From Deltaproteobacteria bacterium (GTDB taxonomy: Bacteria; Myxococcota_A; UBA9042; CAIXZC01): DNA of 64,000 nucleotides. Under the pieces are notes generated by a model. That model worked only from the letters and a program-made list of their open reading frames with translations, had not been told where the DNA came from and did not search any database. Positions 27,781-37,747 of this stretch are shown piece after piece; positions within the stretch are counted from its first letter, which is position 1; the number at the start of each line of letters is the position of its first letter. The translations under genes were made by a program, and so were the position numbers. The stretch covers positions 11,312 to 75,311 of the forward strand of contig VGRX01000001.1 in assembly GCA_016875215.1 (NCBI GenBank). The letters are read 5' to 3'.

Positions 27781-28692
27781 ATGTCCAAGTCCGCTCCGGC
27801 AGCTTCGCCGCTCCAGGGAATGTCGAGGCTTGCGATTGCAGCATTCGGCGTCGTGCTGCTCCTGTGCGTGGCACTGACGATCGCTGTCGTGAAGCTGAGG
27901 GGGAAGTGCGGGGAGTTGGAGCACAGCCACAACGAGCTGACGGCCTGTCGCGACCGGAATGCCAGGCTGGACGACCAGTGCGCAGCGACCGGGCGTGACC
28001 TGGAGGAGACCCGCAAGACGCTGGCTGCCAAGGGGGCCGACCTGGCCGCAACGTCCCAGCGTCTCGCCGATTGCACGAGGCGGCTGGCGGAGGCTCAGGA
28101 TGGTCTTCTGGGGGCCGCTCGACTTCGCGAGGAGCTGGAAGGCCGGAAGTCCGAGCTCGAGAAGGAAATCGACCGGCTGCGAAGCGGCAGCGTCCTTCTG
28201 GAGGCGGAGAACCGCTCCCTCGATAAGCAGTGGAAGACGGCCTTTGCCCAGCTCGACGGGTACGCGGGCTCTCTGGCGAAGCATCCGGGCATCCTCGAGC
28301 AGCTCCCGTTGGGGCTTGCGGTTCGTCCGAGGGCCATCGCCATGCCGCTCGGAAAAGGCAAGGGGTTCCACTTCAAGCTGTGGGTCGAGATCTCGGTGGC
28401 CCGCCAGGCCGATGTGAAGCGGGTCGTCTACCTCCTCAACCACCCGACCATCGTCGAGTCCCGGCGGCTGGAATCCTCGGATCCCACGAACAGCTTCGAG
28501 GTCCAGTACTACGGCCCCCAGGCAGCGGACCGGGTGCTCGTCATGGTGCAGGATGCTCGGGGAGGCCGGCACAGGCTGGCTCTCGACATGCATGCGGATC
28601 TCACGAAGCCCCAGGTGGATTTCGATACCGGCGCCGAGCCTGTACCGCCCGAGAAGGTCCCCCTCATCGACAAGCCCCGGCTCGAGCCATAG
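27781..28692 (+). CDS. membrane-anchored coiled-coil protein, hypothetical
   Basis: N-terminal TM (LAIAAFGVVLLLCVALTIAVV), about 150 aa heptad-rich region, globular C-terminal domain. Confidence 0.5.
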   Translation: MSKSAPAASPLQGMSRLAIAAFGVVLLLCVALTIAVVKLRGKCGELEHSHNELTACRDRNARLDDQCAATGRDLEETRKTLAAKGADLAATSQRLADCTRRLAEAQDGLLGAARLREELEGRKSELEKEIDRLRSGSVLLEAENRSLDKQWKTAFAQLDGYAGSLAKHPGILEQLPLGLAVRPRAIAMPLGKGKGFHFKLWVEISVARQADVKRVVYLLNHPTIVESRRLESSDPTNSFEVQYYGPQAADRVLVMVQDARGGRHRLALDMHADLTKPQVDFDTGAEPVPPEKVPLIDKPRLEP

Positions 28693-28821
28693 GAGGCTGC
28701 CCGGAATTACTTCGCCGATAGCATCCCCGTCCGCTCCGGGTCCTCGGCCCTTTCTTGCCTCGCGGGCGCGCAGAATCTATAATGAGCACGGTCAGGCAAG
28801 CCACGCCTGCAGCAGAGGTGA

Positions 28822-30360
28822 ATGTCGATGAAAGCCGTTGTCTGGACTGCGTGGGTCATGGTCGTGCTGGCAGCGTGCTCGTTCTCCGTGAAGAAACCGG
28901 CTTTCCCGGGTGAGGACGTTGCCGACTCGGCCACCGCCGACGGGGATGGGAGCGAGGACCAGGCGGCTGAAGACCAGACCGGCGATGTTGGAACCCTGCC
29001 GGATGGCTCGGACGACGCTCGACACGATGCCCGCGCCGACGCGGTAGACGATGCCCGCGGCGACGCGATAGACGATGCCGGCAAGGACCTGGCGCCGATC
29101 GACGTGACCCGACCCGAGTGTCAGAACCATTCGGACTGCGACGACCTCGATGACTGCACCGCGGACAAGTGCGCCGCCGGGAAGTGCTTCCACGAGGAGT
29201 TCCCGGGGTGCGGGGAGTGCATCCCCGAGGGGAAGGAGTTCGAGGACCCCAACCCGGATGGCAAGTGCTGCCCTCCCTCCTTACCAATCCCGGTGAAGCA
29301 GGAGATGGGGGTCCCCTGCGCGGACCCGTTCTGCTGGCCCAACTACGACTGTGCGGAAGTCGATTGCCAGTGCTTCGTCTGCGCCCAGTGCGGCGACGGC
29401 AAGTGCAGCACGGGGGAGAACCGGTGCAACTGCCCCGAGGACTGCGAGAAGCCGTTCCCCTGCTCGGAGGCAGGAGGCAACTGCACGCCCGAACCCTTCT
29501 GTCCGGACGGCATGCTGGGCATCTCCCCGTCCGACTGCGGCGTCGACTTGTACTGCTGTCCTCCCGGCGGCGGGTGCGCCAAGGCGGGCGAGCCCCAGGG
29601 GGTGGGGCCCGAGATGATCCCCTGTTGCGACGGGCTCGCTCCGATCTCCTGGGCGGACTGGAATCCCGAGGACGGCTGCGTGGCCATTCCCGGTGACGAC
29701 ATCTGCTCCGACTGCGGCAACACCGTTTGCGACCCATGGGAGAATCCCTGCAACTGCAAGCAGGACTGCCCCGAGATCGGCCAGGAGACCTGCTCCAAGA
29801 ACGGACCCTTCTGCGCTTTCGGCGCTTACTGCCAATCCGAGCCGGGCAAGTGCGTCGATGCCACGGCTCCCGGCGCCTGCGTTCCCGTTCCGGAACAGTG
29901 CCCGCTCCTCTACTCGCCCGTCTGCGGTTGCGACGGGAAGAGCTACGGAAACGAATGTGAGATGGCCAAGGCTTCGATGTCCATGGCCTACAAGGGGGAG
30001 TGCAAGGTCGAGTGCGTCGAGGAAGGAGAGACCTTCGTGGACTTCGACCCGGCGGGCAAGTGCTGTGGCGGCCTTCCTGCCATCGAAGCGTGCAAGCCCT
30101 CAGAGGACAACAAGTCCTGCGTGTGCGACAAGGTGGCGACGCACGTCTGCGTCCATTGCGGAAACAAGATGTGCGGTCTCGGCGAGAGCTGGTGCAACTG
30201 CCCCGGGGACTGCCCCGTCCCTGCCGGCGTAACGTGCCTCACCGCCAAGGGGCAGTGCGTCCCCAAGGACCCTTTCCCCCAGTGCTTGCCCGGCTACTTC
30301 CCCCTTCCGCTGCCGGGATGCAACCTTCCGTTCCCGGCCGCCTGCTGCATTCCCAAGTAG
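28822..30360 (+). CDS. secreted Cys-rich lipoprotein with Kazal-type domain and DDAR-repeat linker
   Basis: Signal/lipobox VVLAACSFS. Kazal consensus CPLLYSPVCGCDGKSYGNECEMAKASMSMAYKGEC. Numerous EGF-like Cys spacings. True start may be ATG 28828. Confidence 0.65.
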   Translation: MSMKAVVWTAWVMVVLAACSFSVKKPAFPGEDVADSATADGDGSEDQAAEDQTGDVGTLPDGSDDARHDARADAVDDARGDAIDDAGKDLAPIDVTRPECQNHSDCDDLDDCTADKCAAGKCFHEEFPGCGECIPEGKEFEDPNPDGKCCPPSLPIPVKQEMGVPCADPFCWPNYDCAEVDCQCFVCAQCGDGKCSTGENRCNCPEDCEKPFPCSEAGGNCTPEPFCPDGMLGISPSDCGVDLYCCPPGGGCAKAGEPQGVGPEMIPCCDGLAPISWADWNPEDGCVAIPGDDICSDCGNTVCDPWENPCNCKQDCPEIGQETCSKNGPFCAFGAYCQSEPGKCVDATAPGACVPVPEQCPLLYSPVCGCDGKSYGNECEMAKASMSMAYKGECKVECVEEGETFVDFDPAGKCCGGLPAIEACKPSEDNKSCVCDKVATHVCVHCGNKMCGLGESWCNCPGDCPVPAGVTCLTAKGQCVPKDPFPQCLPGYFPLPLPGCNLPFPAACCIPK

Positions 30361-30370
30361 GAGGGGACGC

Positions 30371-31609
30371 ATGACTTCGCCGGTCGAGGGAGCACACCGC
30401 CCCAGCCACATGGTCCGCATCTTCCAGACGTCGACAGAGGCTGAGCGCGAGGAGGTCTTCTCGTTCCGATATCGCGTCTACGCCCTGGAGCTGCGCAAGG
30501 GGCTGTCCGGAATCGACCACGCACGCAAACGGTACGTGGATGAGCTGGACGACTGCGGCGTCCTGCTCTATGCGCGCGACATGGTCTCGGGCCAGGTCGT
30601 GGGAACGGTCCGCCGCAACGACCTGAGCAGCGGACGGCTTCCGGACAAGCTCGCTGCCCGGTTGCGCCTCGGGCCCATGATCGAGGCCTTCGGCGAAGAG
30701 CGGGTCAGCTACTCCAGCGCGTTCATGGTCGACCCGACCTTCCGGGGGAAGACGGTCGCCTCCCTCCTCGCAATGGGTTCTTACAGAGACGGCATTTGCA
30801 GGGGAATCGCCCTGGACGTCTGCATCGCGGAGCTGGGGCTCGTGCACCTGTACCACCAGCTCGGCTACCGGACCTACGAAGCCCCGTTCCGCACGTACGC
30901 GGGAGGTGGGTTGCGCGTCCCGCTCGTCCTCGCCCCCTTCGATCAGGCCTGGCTCGAGAAGGTCGAAAGCCCGTTCCGGCACCTGCTGCCTTCCGACAAG
31001 GGGGACGGCGGGGCCACGGCGGTTGCGCTCCGGGGCATCTACCCCGAGTGGCAGGACCCGGCCGTCACGCCGCTGGAGAGCCGGGCACTCTGGGCCGCCC
31101 TTGCCCACCAGGAGCCCGACGGCGCAGCGCAAACCATCTTCGACGGCTTCTCGCAGGACCAGATCCAGGACATTGTCGGCAGTGTGCCCACCGTGAGTCT
31201 CTCCCGGGGAAAACGCCTGTACCGGGGCGGCGAGCACGAGGCCGGCATGGCCTACGTCATGTCCGGGCGGCTCGGGCTCGCTCTCGAGGATTCCAACGAC
31301 CCGCACTTCGTAACGGTGCTGGGTCCGGGCCAGCTCCTCGGCGAGATGTCCGTCCTGACCGGCGGCGACCGCACCTCCACCCTCGTCGCGCTCGAGAAGA
31401 CCGAAGTGCTGCTGCTCCCCGCAAACCTCCTCGACCGGTTGGAAAAGAAGGACCTCCCCAGCGCCTACCGCATGTCGCGGAATCTGTGCTACATGCTGGC
31501 CCAGCGCCTCCACTCCATGAACATCCGGGTGCTCGGGCTCTACGACCGCGTGAAGGTCTCCAACGATGCCTTCGAGCTGACCCGGGAGAACATCCCGGAC
31601 GTCGACTGA
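30371..31609 (+). CDS. fusion protein: N-terminal LuxI/N-acyl-amino-acid-synthase-like GNAT-fold acyltransferase plus C-terminal cyclic-nucleotide-binding (cNMP) domain
   Basis: TAGGAGGGG SD. N-terminal EEVFSFRYRVYALEL...GVLLYAR resembles the autoinducer-synthase/NAS conserved block. C-terminal GQLLGEMSVLTGGDRTSTLVALEKTEVLLL is a cNMP-binding beta-roll. Confidence 0.5.
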   Translation: MTSPVEGAHRPSHMVRIFQTSTEAEREEVFSFRYRVYALELRKGLSGIDHARKRYVDELDDCGVLLYARDMVSGQVVGTVRRNDLSSGRLPDKLAARLRLGPMIEAFGEERVSYSSAFMVDPTFRGKTVASLLAMGSYRDGICRGIALDVCIAELGLVHLYHQLGYRTYEAPFRTYAGGGLRVPLVLAPFDQAWLEKVESPFRHLLPSDKGDGGATAVALRGIYPEWQDPAVTPLESRALWAALAHQEPDGAAQTIFDGFSQDQIQDIVGSVPTVSLSRGKRLYRGGEHEAGMAYVMSGRLGLALEDSNDPHFVTVLGPGQLLGEMSVLTGGDRTSTLVALEKTEVLLLPANLLDRLEKKDLPSAYRMSRNLCYMLAQRLHSMNIRVLGLYDRVKVSNDAFELTRENIPDVD

Positions 31610-31613
31610 CGCG

Positions 31614-34238
31614 GTGGCCATGCCCATCCCGCTCCCCCTCGATTCCGCCCGCGAGGAGATCCTTGCTGCCCTGGCCGTCAACGGCAGCCTCGTGCTCTCC
31701 GCACCGACCGGGTCGGGCAAGTCCACCCGCATCCCCCCGATGCTGCTGGGCGAGGCACGGGGGAAGGTCCTCGTCCTCGAGCCCCGCCGCCTCGCCACCC
31801 GCCTCGTTGCCGCCCGGGTTGCCCAGGAGATGGGCTGCCCCCTGGGCGGGCCGGTCGGCTACCAGACGCGTCACGAGGGCCGGGTCGGACCGGATACGCG
31901 GCTTCTCTACCTGACCCAGGGGCTGTTCCTTCGGATGCTGTTGGACGACCCGCGGCTGGACAAGGTGTCCGCCCTGGTCCTGGACGAGTTTCACGAACGC
32001 CACCTGGATGGCGACATCGCACTGGCCATGGCGCTGCGCCTGCGCCGGACGACCCGCCCCGACCTTGCCGTGGTGGTCATGTCGGCAACGCTCGACACGG
32101 AGACGCTGTCGGACTACCTCGACTGTCCCGTCGTCAAGACCCGGGGACGGGCATTCCCGGTGGAGGTGCGGCACATCGACGCAGCGGAAGACCGCCCCCC
32201 ATGGGAGGCCGCGGCCAGGGCCGTGCGGGAGATCGTGCGGGCAGGAGAAAGCGGAGACATCCTCGTGTTCATGCCCGGCGGCTACGAAATCCGCAGGACG
32301 GTCGAGGCCGTGCGGGACCTGCATCTGCCCGAGCCCCTGACCGCGTTCCCCCTCCACGGCGAGATGCCCGCTGAAGAGCAGGACAGGGCACTGGCTCCCG
32401 CCACGAACCGGAAGGTCATCGTGGCCACCAACGTGGCCGAGACGTCGATCACGATACCCGGCGTACGGCACGTCGTCGATTCCGGGCTGGCCCGAGTGGC
32501 GCGCTTCGATCCTCGCCGGGGAATCAACATGCTGACCGTGCAGAAGATCAGCCGCGCCTCGGCCGAGCAGCGGGCCGGCCGAGCGGGCCGGACCGAACCG
32601 GGCACCTGCCGCCGGCTCTGGTCGCTCTACGATCACCAGGGGCGGTCGGAGCACGAGACGCCCGAGATCGGCCGGGTCGACCTCTCTCAGGCACTACTCC
32701 TGCTGAACGCACTGGGCGTGAACGATATCGGAACGTTTTCCTGGCTCATTCCACCTCCGGATGCGGCGGTCCGATCTGCCCGGGATCTGCTGGCCTCACT
32801 CGGGGCCACGGCCCCCGATGGCGATCCCGCCGATCTGGACCACCGGTTCCCGCCTCCCTCGGGCAATCTCACCGAGCTGGGGCGGCAAATGGCCCGTGTC
32901 CCCGCGCACCCGCGACTCGCCCGCCTGGTCCTCGAAGGGGAGCGCCGCGGCTGCCGTGACGACGCGGCCCTGGTTGCCGCACTGCTGTCGGAAAGGACCA
33001 TTCTGCGGCCGGGACCCAGGAACCCCCTGGCGGCCGCATCCGACGACCTCTCCGATCTCCTCGCCCGCTTCAGCCAGGCCCGGGAACACGGATTCGACGA
33101 TGCCTTCTGCCAAGGCCGCAGCCTCTCCGCATCGGCCGCACGCCAGGTCGACCGGACCTGGCGCCAGCTTCGACAGACCGGGCAGGCCCGGCACCATCGC
33201 ACGGCCCGCGCCTGCACCCACGGTTCGGCCGATGCAGGACGGCCCGCTGGCTCTGCCTCGAATCGAGGGTTGTCTCCCCCGTTTCGGTCCAGTCTCTCCC
33301 CGGACCCCGAACCCCGGACCCTGCCTCTCTGCCTCCTTACCGCGTTCCCCGACCACGTGGCTGCCCGCTCCAGGCCGGGAAGCCCCGTCTTCAATCTGAC
33401 CGGCGGCCGTCGGGCAACGCTGAGCCGTGAGACGCTCTGCACGGATTGCGACCTGGTCCTGGCGTGCGAGATCGCGGAGATCGAGGGAGGCTCGGGCCTG
33501 TCCACCGTCCTGTCTCTGCTCGTCCCGTTGAAGCCGGATGACCTGCTCGAGATGTTCTGCAACCGGATGGGCCTGTCCTCGGAGCTGTCCTGGAACCGTG
33601 AGACCCAGGTCGTCGAGCAGATCGAGTCGACCCGGTTTTTCGACCTCGCCATCGAGGAGACCCGGGGCATTCCAACCGACCGCACCGCCGCTGCCGCTCT
33701 GCTTGCCCGGCGCATCGTGGCGGAAGGGCTCCATCTCTCCGGCTTCGACGACCGGGTCGAGGCCTGGGTCGAGCGGCTCCGCTTCGTCGCAACGACGTTT
33801 CCGGAGAAGGGGCTGCCGGTCTTCGACGACGCGGACCGCCAGCGGGCCATCGAGGCTCTGTGCGGAGAGGACTACCGGTATGCGAAGGTCAAGGATCGTC
33901 CTGCGCTGGAGGCCGTGCGCTCGCTGCTGTCTCCGGCCCACCGTCGTTTTGTCGACGAGATGGCCCCGGAGCGCATCCAGCTTCCCCGCGGCCACCGCAT
34001 ACGTGTCTCGTACCCGCAGGGGCAGCGCCCGACCGGGAGGGCCCGCATCCAGGATCTGTACGACCTTCCTTCGACTCCCCGGATCGCGGGTGGGCGGGTG
34101 CCGCTCCTGCTGGAAATCGCCGGCCCCAACAACCGCCCGCTCCAGGTGACCGACGACCTTGCCAACTTCTGGAAGGTGCTCTACCCCCAGCTCAGGGCCC
34201 AGCTCCAGCGTCGCTACCCGAGACACGAGTGGAGGTGA
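31614..34238 (+). CDS. hrpB: ATP-dependent RNA helicase HrpB (DEAH-box)
   Basis: Walker A APTGSGKST, DEFHERH, MSATLD, QRAGRAGR, and HrpB-type C-terminal domain. 874 aa. Confidence 0.85.
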   Translation: MAMPIPLPLDSAREEILAALAVNGSLVLSAPTGSGKSTRIPPMLLGEARGKVLVLEPRRLATRLVAARVAQEMGCPLGGPVGYQTRHEGRVGPDTRLLYLTQGLFLRMLLDDPRLDKVSALVLDEFHERHLDGDIALAMALRLRRTTRPDLAVVVMSATLDTETLSDYLDCPVVKTRGRAFPVEVRHIDAAEDRPPWEAAARAVREIVRAGESGDILVFMPGGYEIRRTVEAVRDLHLPEPLTAFPLHGEMPAEEQDRALAPATNRKVIVATNVAETSITIPGVRHVVDSGLARVARFDPRRGINMLTVQKISRASAEQRAGRAGRTEPGTCRRLWSLYDHQGRSEHETPEIGRVDLSQALLLLNALGVNDIGTFSWLIPPPDAAVRSARDLLASLGATAPDGDPADLDHRFPPPSGNLTELGRQMARVPAHPRLARLVLEGERRGCRDDAALVAALLSERTILRPGPRNPLAAASDDLSDLLARFSQAREHGFDDAFCQGRSLSASAARQVDRTWRQLRQTGQARHHRTARACTHGSADAGRPAGSASNRGLSPPFRSSLSPDPEPRTLPLCLLTAFPDHVAARSRPGSPVFNLTGGRRATLSRETLCTDCDLVLACEIAEIEGGSGLSTVLSLLVPLKPDDLLEMFCNRMGLSSELSWNRETQVVEQIESTRFFDLAIEETRGIPTDRTAAAALLARRIVAEGLHLSGFDDRVEAWVERLRFVATTFPEKGLPVFDDADRQRAIEALCGEDYRYAKVKDRPALEAVRSLLSPAHRRFVDEMAPERIQLPRGHRIRVSYPQGQRPTGRARIQDLYDLPSTPRIAGGRVPLLLEIAGPNNRPLQVTDDLANFWKVLYPQLRAQLQRRYPRHEWR

Positions 34239-34241
34239 CTC

Positions 34242-36515
34242 ATGCTACGCAATGCAGCGATCCCGGTGTGCATCCTTGCTCTCTCGGCCTGTTCCGGCAA
34301 ATCGGACCTGCCCGATTCCGAAACCGTGGGGGCTGACTCGGCAATGACCGACGCTACCGCGGATCTCACCCTGCCGGACCTCGTTCCGGAAGAGACGGCA
34401 GCCGACCGCGCCTCGGACCCCATCGATCCGCCGGACAGGGCCGTCCCTCCGCTGCCCTCCACGGTCGGCGAGGATCTGGACCTGCAGATTCCTCGCACGC
34501 TCGAATCCTCGTACGTGCTTCCCGACGAGTGGTACGGGGCGCTGGAGTCCATGGGGCTTGCGCTCGACAAGCTCTTCATGCCGGACATCGGGCTCACCGC
34601 CGACTGGGACTTCAGCCGCCTGCACTGGACGGACACGATCCGTCACCAGGGGCAGCTCGCACCCACGTTCGCCTACATGGTCATCGAGGATGTGAATGAT
34701 GCCTTCGATGCCGACGACGTCACCCTGGCCCGCGAGCTGCTCGTCGCCCAGAACACCTACAACACCCGGGATTCCTTCGTGGTGAGCCGCTTCGACAAGG
34801 CGGTGACGCTCCTTTCCGAAGACGGTGTCCTGATGGAGGCGCTGCACCAGTTCTGCATCCGGCCCGGGGTCGCCGGCGAGTGGTCGGGGCCGACGTGCGG
34901 GGAGCAGGAGGCGGACGTCGCCGCTGCAGCGGCCCTCGTGCCGCTGGAGCAGCAGGTCGCCCTCGCCCAGGCGATCTACGGCCTGCTGGCCGCGGTAGAG
35001 CTGCGCCAGGAGGCCCTGCTGGCCAAGGGGAAGATGACCATGGACGACTGGGCCGTGCAGCACTCCAAGATCGTGAACGGCGGCACACCATACGACTCAT
35101 CGGTGCTCGACGGGGCTCATCCGGGCTTCGACTTCGAGCAGATGTCACGGGCGGCGCAGCTCGCGGTGCGATCCGTGGAAAGCCTCCGAGCCGCCCTCAC
35201 CGGCACCGACCCTGTCCCCGGCGCTTCGTTCGAGCTTGTCGGCCCGCTCGGTCGCATCGCAGTGGACCTGACCGACCAGGACAACACGTGGAAGCACGCC
35301 GACGGGTTCCTCCTCGTGGATGGCCACGGCAATGATGCGTACTACGGCCGCGTCGCGGCGAACGCAAGCATCGCCCAGCCCGTCTCCGTGGTCCTGGACC
35401 TGGAGGGGAACGACGTCTATGCACCGACCAAGAAGTGGGAGTTGAAGCAGGACTACCTGGTGGGTGCCCGGCTTCCCATGCAGGGGGCCGGGCTGTTCGG
35501 AGTCGCCATCCTGTCCGATGCGGCCGGTGACGACGACTACGGCTGCCTGACTGCGTGCCAGGGCTACGGGATCTTCGGCGTCGGCGTTCTGCTCGACCAC
35601 GGCGGGACCGACCAGTACAGGGGCTACGACTTCGCTCAGGGAGCTTCGGAGTTCGGGTACGGGCTGCTGGTCGATCGGGGACAGGGGAACGACAGCTACG
35701 AGACGCTCCAGCACAGCCAGGGCTACGGCGGCCCACGTGGGATCGGATGGCTCGTGGACGAGGGGGGGGACGACCAGTACGTCGCCATCGCGGAGCCGAT
35801 CATCTTCGACTGGGCCGGAGAAGGGACCAACTTCTCCGGCTCGCAGGGATTCGCCTTCGGGTTCCGGGGGGGGCCCTACTGGTCCGGCGGCCTCGGAGCG
35901 CTATTCGACCTGGCTGGAAACGATACCTATCAGTGCGCGGTCATGTGCCTCGGCTTCGGCTACTTCTTCGGCACCGGGCTCTTCTTCGACCAGGCCGGAA
36001 ACGACACCTACGTCAACACGCACAAGTACACCCTCGGCTCCGCCACCCACCAGTCCGTCGGGCTCTTCGTCGATGGCGAGGGGAAGGACTCCTACGCCCT
36101 CATCGGAGACGATGAAGCCATCGGGCTCGGCTACGACCACGGCGTCGCCTACCACCTCGACCGAGGGGATCAGGATGACACCTACACGGTCGAGAACATC
36201 GGCGATTTCACCCTCGGATTCGCTCGTCACCCCGCGATCGGAACCCTCATCAACGAGGGGGGAAACGACCACTACGACATCGCCGGCACCGGCGAGGTCA
36301 CCTGCGGCCGGAGCTGGGTCGACCCGGACGACCGCAAAGGCGCCCTCGCCAAGATCATCACACTGGCCGTCTTCCTCGACCTGGGCGGTACCGGCGACAT
36401 CTACGACATCCCCCGCGACGAGGTCGGCAACGGGAAGAGCTGGCACCAGACCGCACCGCTCGGCGGCGGTTGGACCTCTGACCTCGACTTCGCCTGGGGA
36501 CAGGACAGCCAGTAG
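34242..36515 (+). CDS. lipoprotein with about 12 G(N/D/T)DxY beta-helix-like repeats, hypothetical
   Basis: Lipobox ILALSACSGKS; GGAGGTGA SD; start overlaps the hrpB stop. Periodic GNDVY/GDDDY/GTDQY/GNDSY/GDDQY/GNDTY motifs. Confidence 0.6.
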   Translation: MLRNAAIPVCILALSACSGKSDLPDSETVGADSAMTDATADLTLPDLVPEETAADRASDPIDPPDRAVPPLPSTVGEDLDLQIPRTLESSYVLPDEWYGALESMGLALDKLFMPDIGLTADWDFSRLHWTDTIRHQGQLAPTFAYMVIEDVNDAFDADDVTLARELLVAQNTYNTRDSFVVSRFDKAVTLLSEDGVLMEALHQFCIRPGVAGEWSGPTCGEQEADVAAAAALVPLEQQVALAQAIYGLLAAVELRQEALLAKGKMTMDDWAVQHSKIVNGGTPYDSSVLDGAHPGFDFEQMSRAAQLAVRSVESLRAALTGTDPVPGASFELVGPLGRIAVDLTDQDNTWKHADGFLLVDGHGNDAYYGRVAANASIAQPVSVVLDLEGNDVYAPTKKWELKQDYLVGARLPMQGAGLFGVAILSDAAGDDDYGCLTACQGYGIFGVGVLLDHGGTDQYRGYDFAQGASEFGYGLLVDRGQGNDSYETLQHSQGYGGPRGIGWLVDEGGDDQYVAIAEPIIFDWAGEGTNFSGSQGFAFGFRGGPYWSGGLGALFDLAGNDTYQCAVMCLGFGYFFGTGLFFDQAGNDTYVNTHKYTLGSATHQSVGLFVDGEGKDSYALIGDDEAIGLGYDHGVAYHLDRGDQDDTYTVENIGDFTLGFARHPAIGTLINEGGNDHYDIAGTGEVTCGRSWVDPDDRKGALAKIITLAVFLDLGGTGDIYDIPRDEVGNGKSWHQTAPLGGGWTSDLDFAWGQDSQ

Positions 36516-36575
36516 GGGTGGTGCCGCGGTTCGGGGCGAAGCCCACCGGCCGTCATGTCTTGGCCGAAAAGTGGG

Positions 36576-36657
36576 GGCGGTGCGCCCGCGGCGTGATGGG
36601 TCCAGGCTCAGCCTGGCGGTGCGCCTGCGGCGTGATGGGTCCAGGCTCAGCCTGGGT
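36576..36657 (+). terminator. tandem duplicated about 40 bp near-palindromic hairpin between convergent genes (putative bidirectional terminator)
   Basis: gcgccYgcggcgtgatgggtccaggctcagcctgg occurs twice; ccaggctcagcctgg is a dyad. Confidence 0.4.
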
Positions 36658-37555
36658 TCTTCCGCTTCCGCCTCCAGCGGGCGAGACGCAGCAGGCCGTA
36701 GCCGAGCCCGCCGAGGACCAGCAGCCACGGAAGCGCGGCCAGCGCGAGGATGCTGCCCACCTTGATCGCATCCCCCAGTGCCTTCAGCGAGTCCATGAAC
36801 TTGTCGCCGAGCTCCTGGAAGTACGTCCGCTCGACCGGCGGCACGAAGTCGGCCTGAACCGAGATGGTAAGCGTCAGCGTGGAGAATGCTACGCGGTCCT
36901 GGAGCACCTTGAACTGAGCGGTCAGCGTCTCGATCTGCTCGCGGACCCTGGCCAGCTCCCGCTCCACCTCCACGATGTCCTTCAGCTCCCTGGCGCTGGT
37001 CTCCAGGTGACCCAGGAGACGCTGCTCCACCTTCTTCTGGTTGGACAGGCGGGCATCGAGATCGACGTACTCGAAGGTCACGTCCTCGATGTTCATGGAC
37101 TCATTGGTGTAGCTGCCGATGGTCTTGACTTCGCCGACGAATTCATCGAAGCGGTCGGCAGGGATCTTGAGGGTGTACGTCATCTGCCGGACCTCGCTGG
37201 GAGCCAGGTACCGGGCGTGGGGGATCCAGGCTTCGGCCTGCTTGCCCGCGACGTAGCCGTCGTACTTCGTCACCAGCTCGGCAAGCTTCTCCTGCGCCTT
37301 GCCCGCCTCTCCCACGATGAGCGTCAGCGCTCCGGTCTTGACCAGGATGCGCCCCTGGACGGCCGGCCGGGACGGCTCCGCTGCTTCGGCCATCCTCCCG
37401 GCAGAGATCTGTTTGGCCTCGTCGCCGAAGCTGGCTCCCTGCTTGGTCGGCAGCTCCATCGGCCCCCTGCCCTGCTCCAGTTTGGCGCACCCGGCTGCCA
37501 CGAGCAGCGCCGCTGCCACAGCCATCCTCGAAACGAACCGGAGAGTCCCGTTCAT
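36647..37555 (-). CDS. DUF4349-like lipoprotein with C-terminal TM anchor
   Basis: Signal/lipobox AALLVAAGCAK; coiled-coil middle; C-terminal hydrophobic helix and RRKRK tail. Confidence 0.5.
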   Translation of the reverse strand: MNGTLRFVSRMAVAAALLVAAGCAKLEQGRGPMELPTKQGASFGDEAKQISAGRMAEAAEPSRPAVQGRILVKTGALTLIVGEAGKAQEKLAELVTKYDGYVAGKQAEAWIPHARYLAPSEVRQMTYTLKIPADRFDEFVGEVKTIGSYTNESMNIEDVTFEYVDLDARLSNQKKVEQRLLGHLETSARELKDIVEVERELARVREQIETLTAQFKVLQDRVAFSTLTLTISVQADFVPPVERTYFQELGDKFMDSLKALGDAIKVGSILALAALPWLLVLGGLGYGLLRLARWRRKRKNPG

Positions 37556-37747
37556 CTGCCACCTCGCTGTTGGGGCTCGGCATCCCGCCGAACGCAGGTC
37601 GGTCACCGGCCCATCCTACCACCAGTACGGGCCCTGCGAAAGCGTCCCGCCACACCGTCGTGCACCCCCCGCGGATCGTCGGTGCTTTCGGGCAGGGACG
37701 ATCCGTGCTACCATCTGCGGCGGTGGATTCGAATGGGAAGGTCAACG

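Noticed and set aside
30239-32654. 519-aa and 465-aa minus-strand ORFs
   Set aside because: Antisense shadows of the acyltransferase-cNMP and hrpB genes.
36518-37747. N-terminal 410-aa extension of the giant protein B ORF
   Set aside because: The extension overlaps the oppositely oriented DUF4349-like gene and has no coding signal. A signal-peptide start with lipobox exists at 37748.
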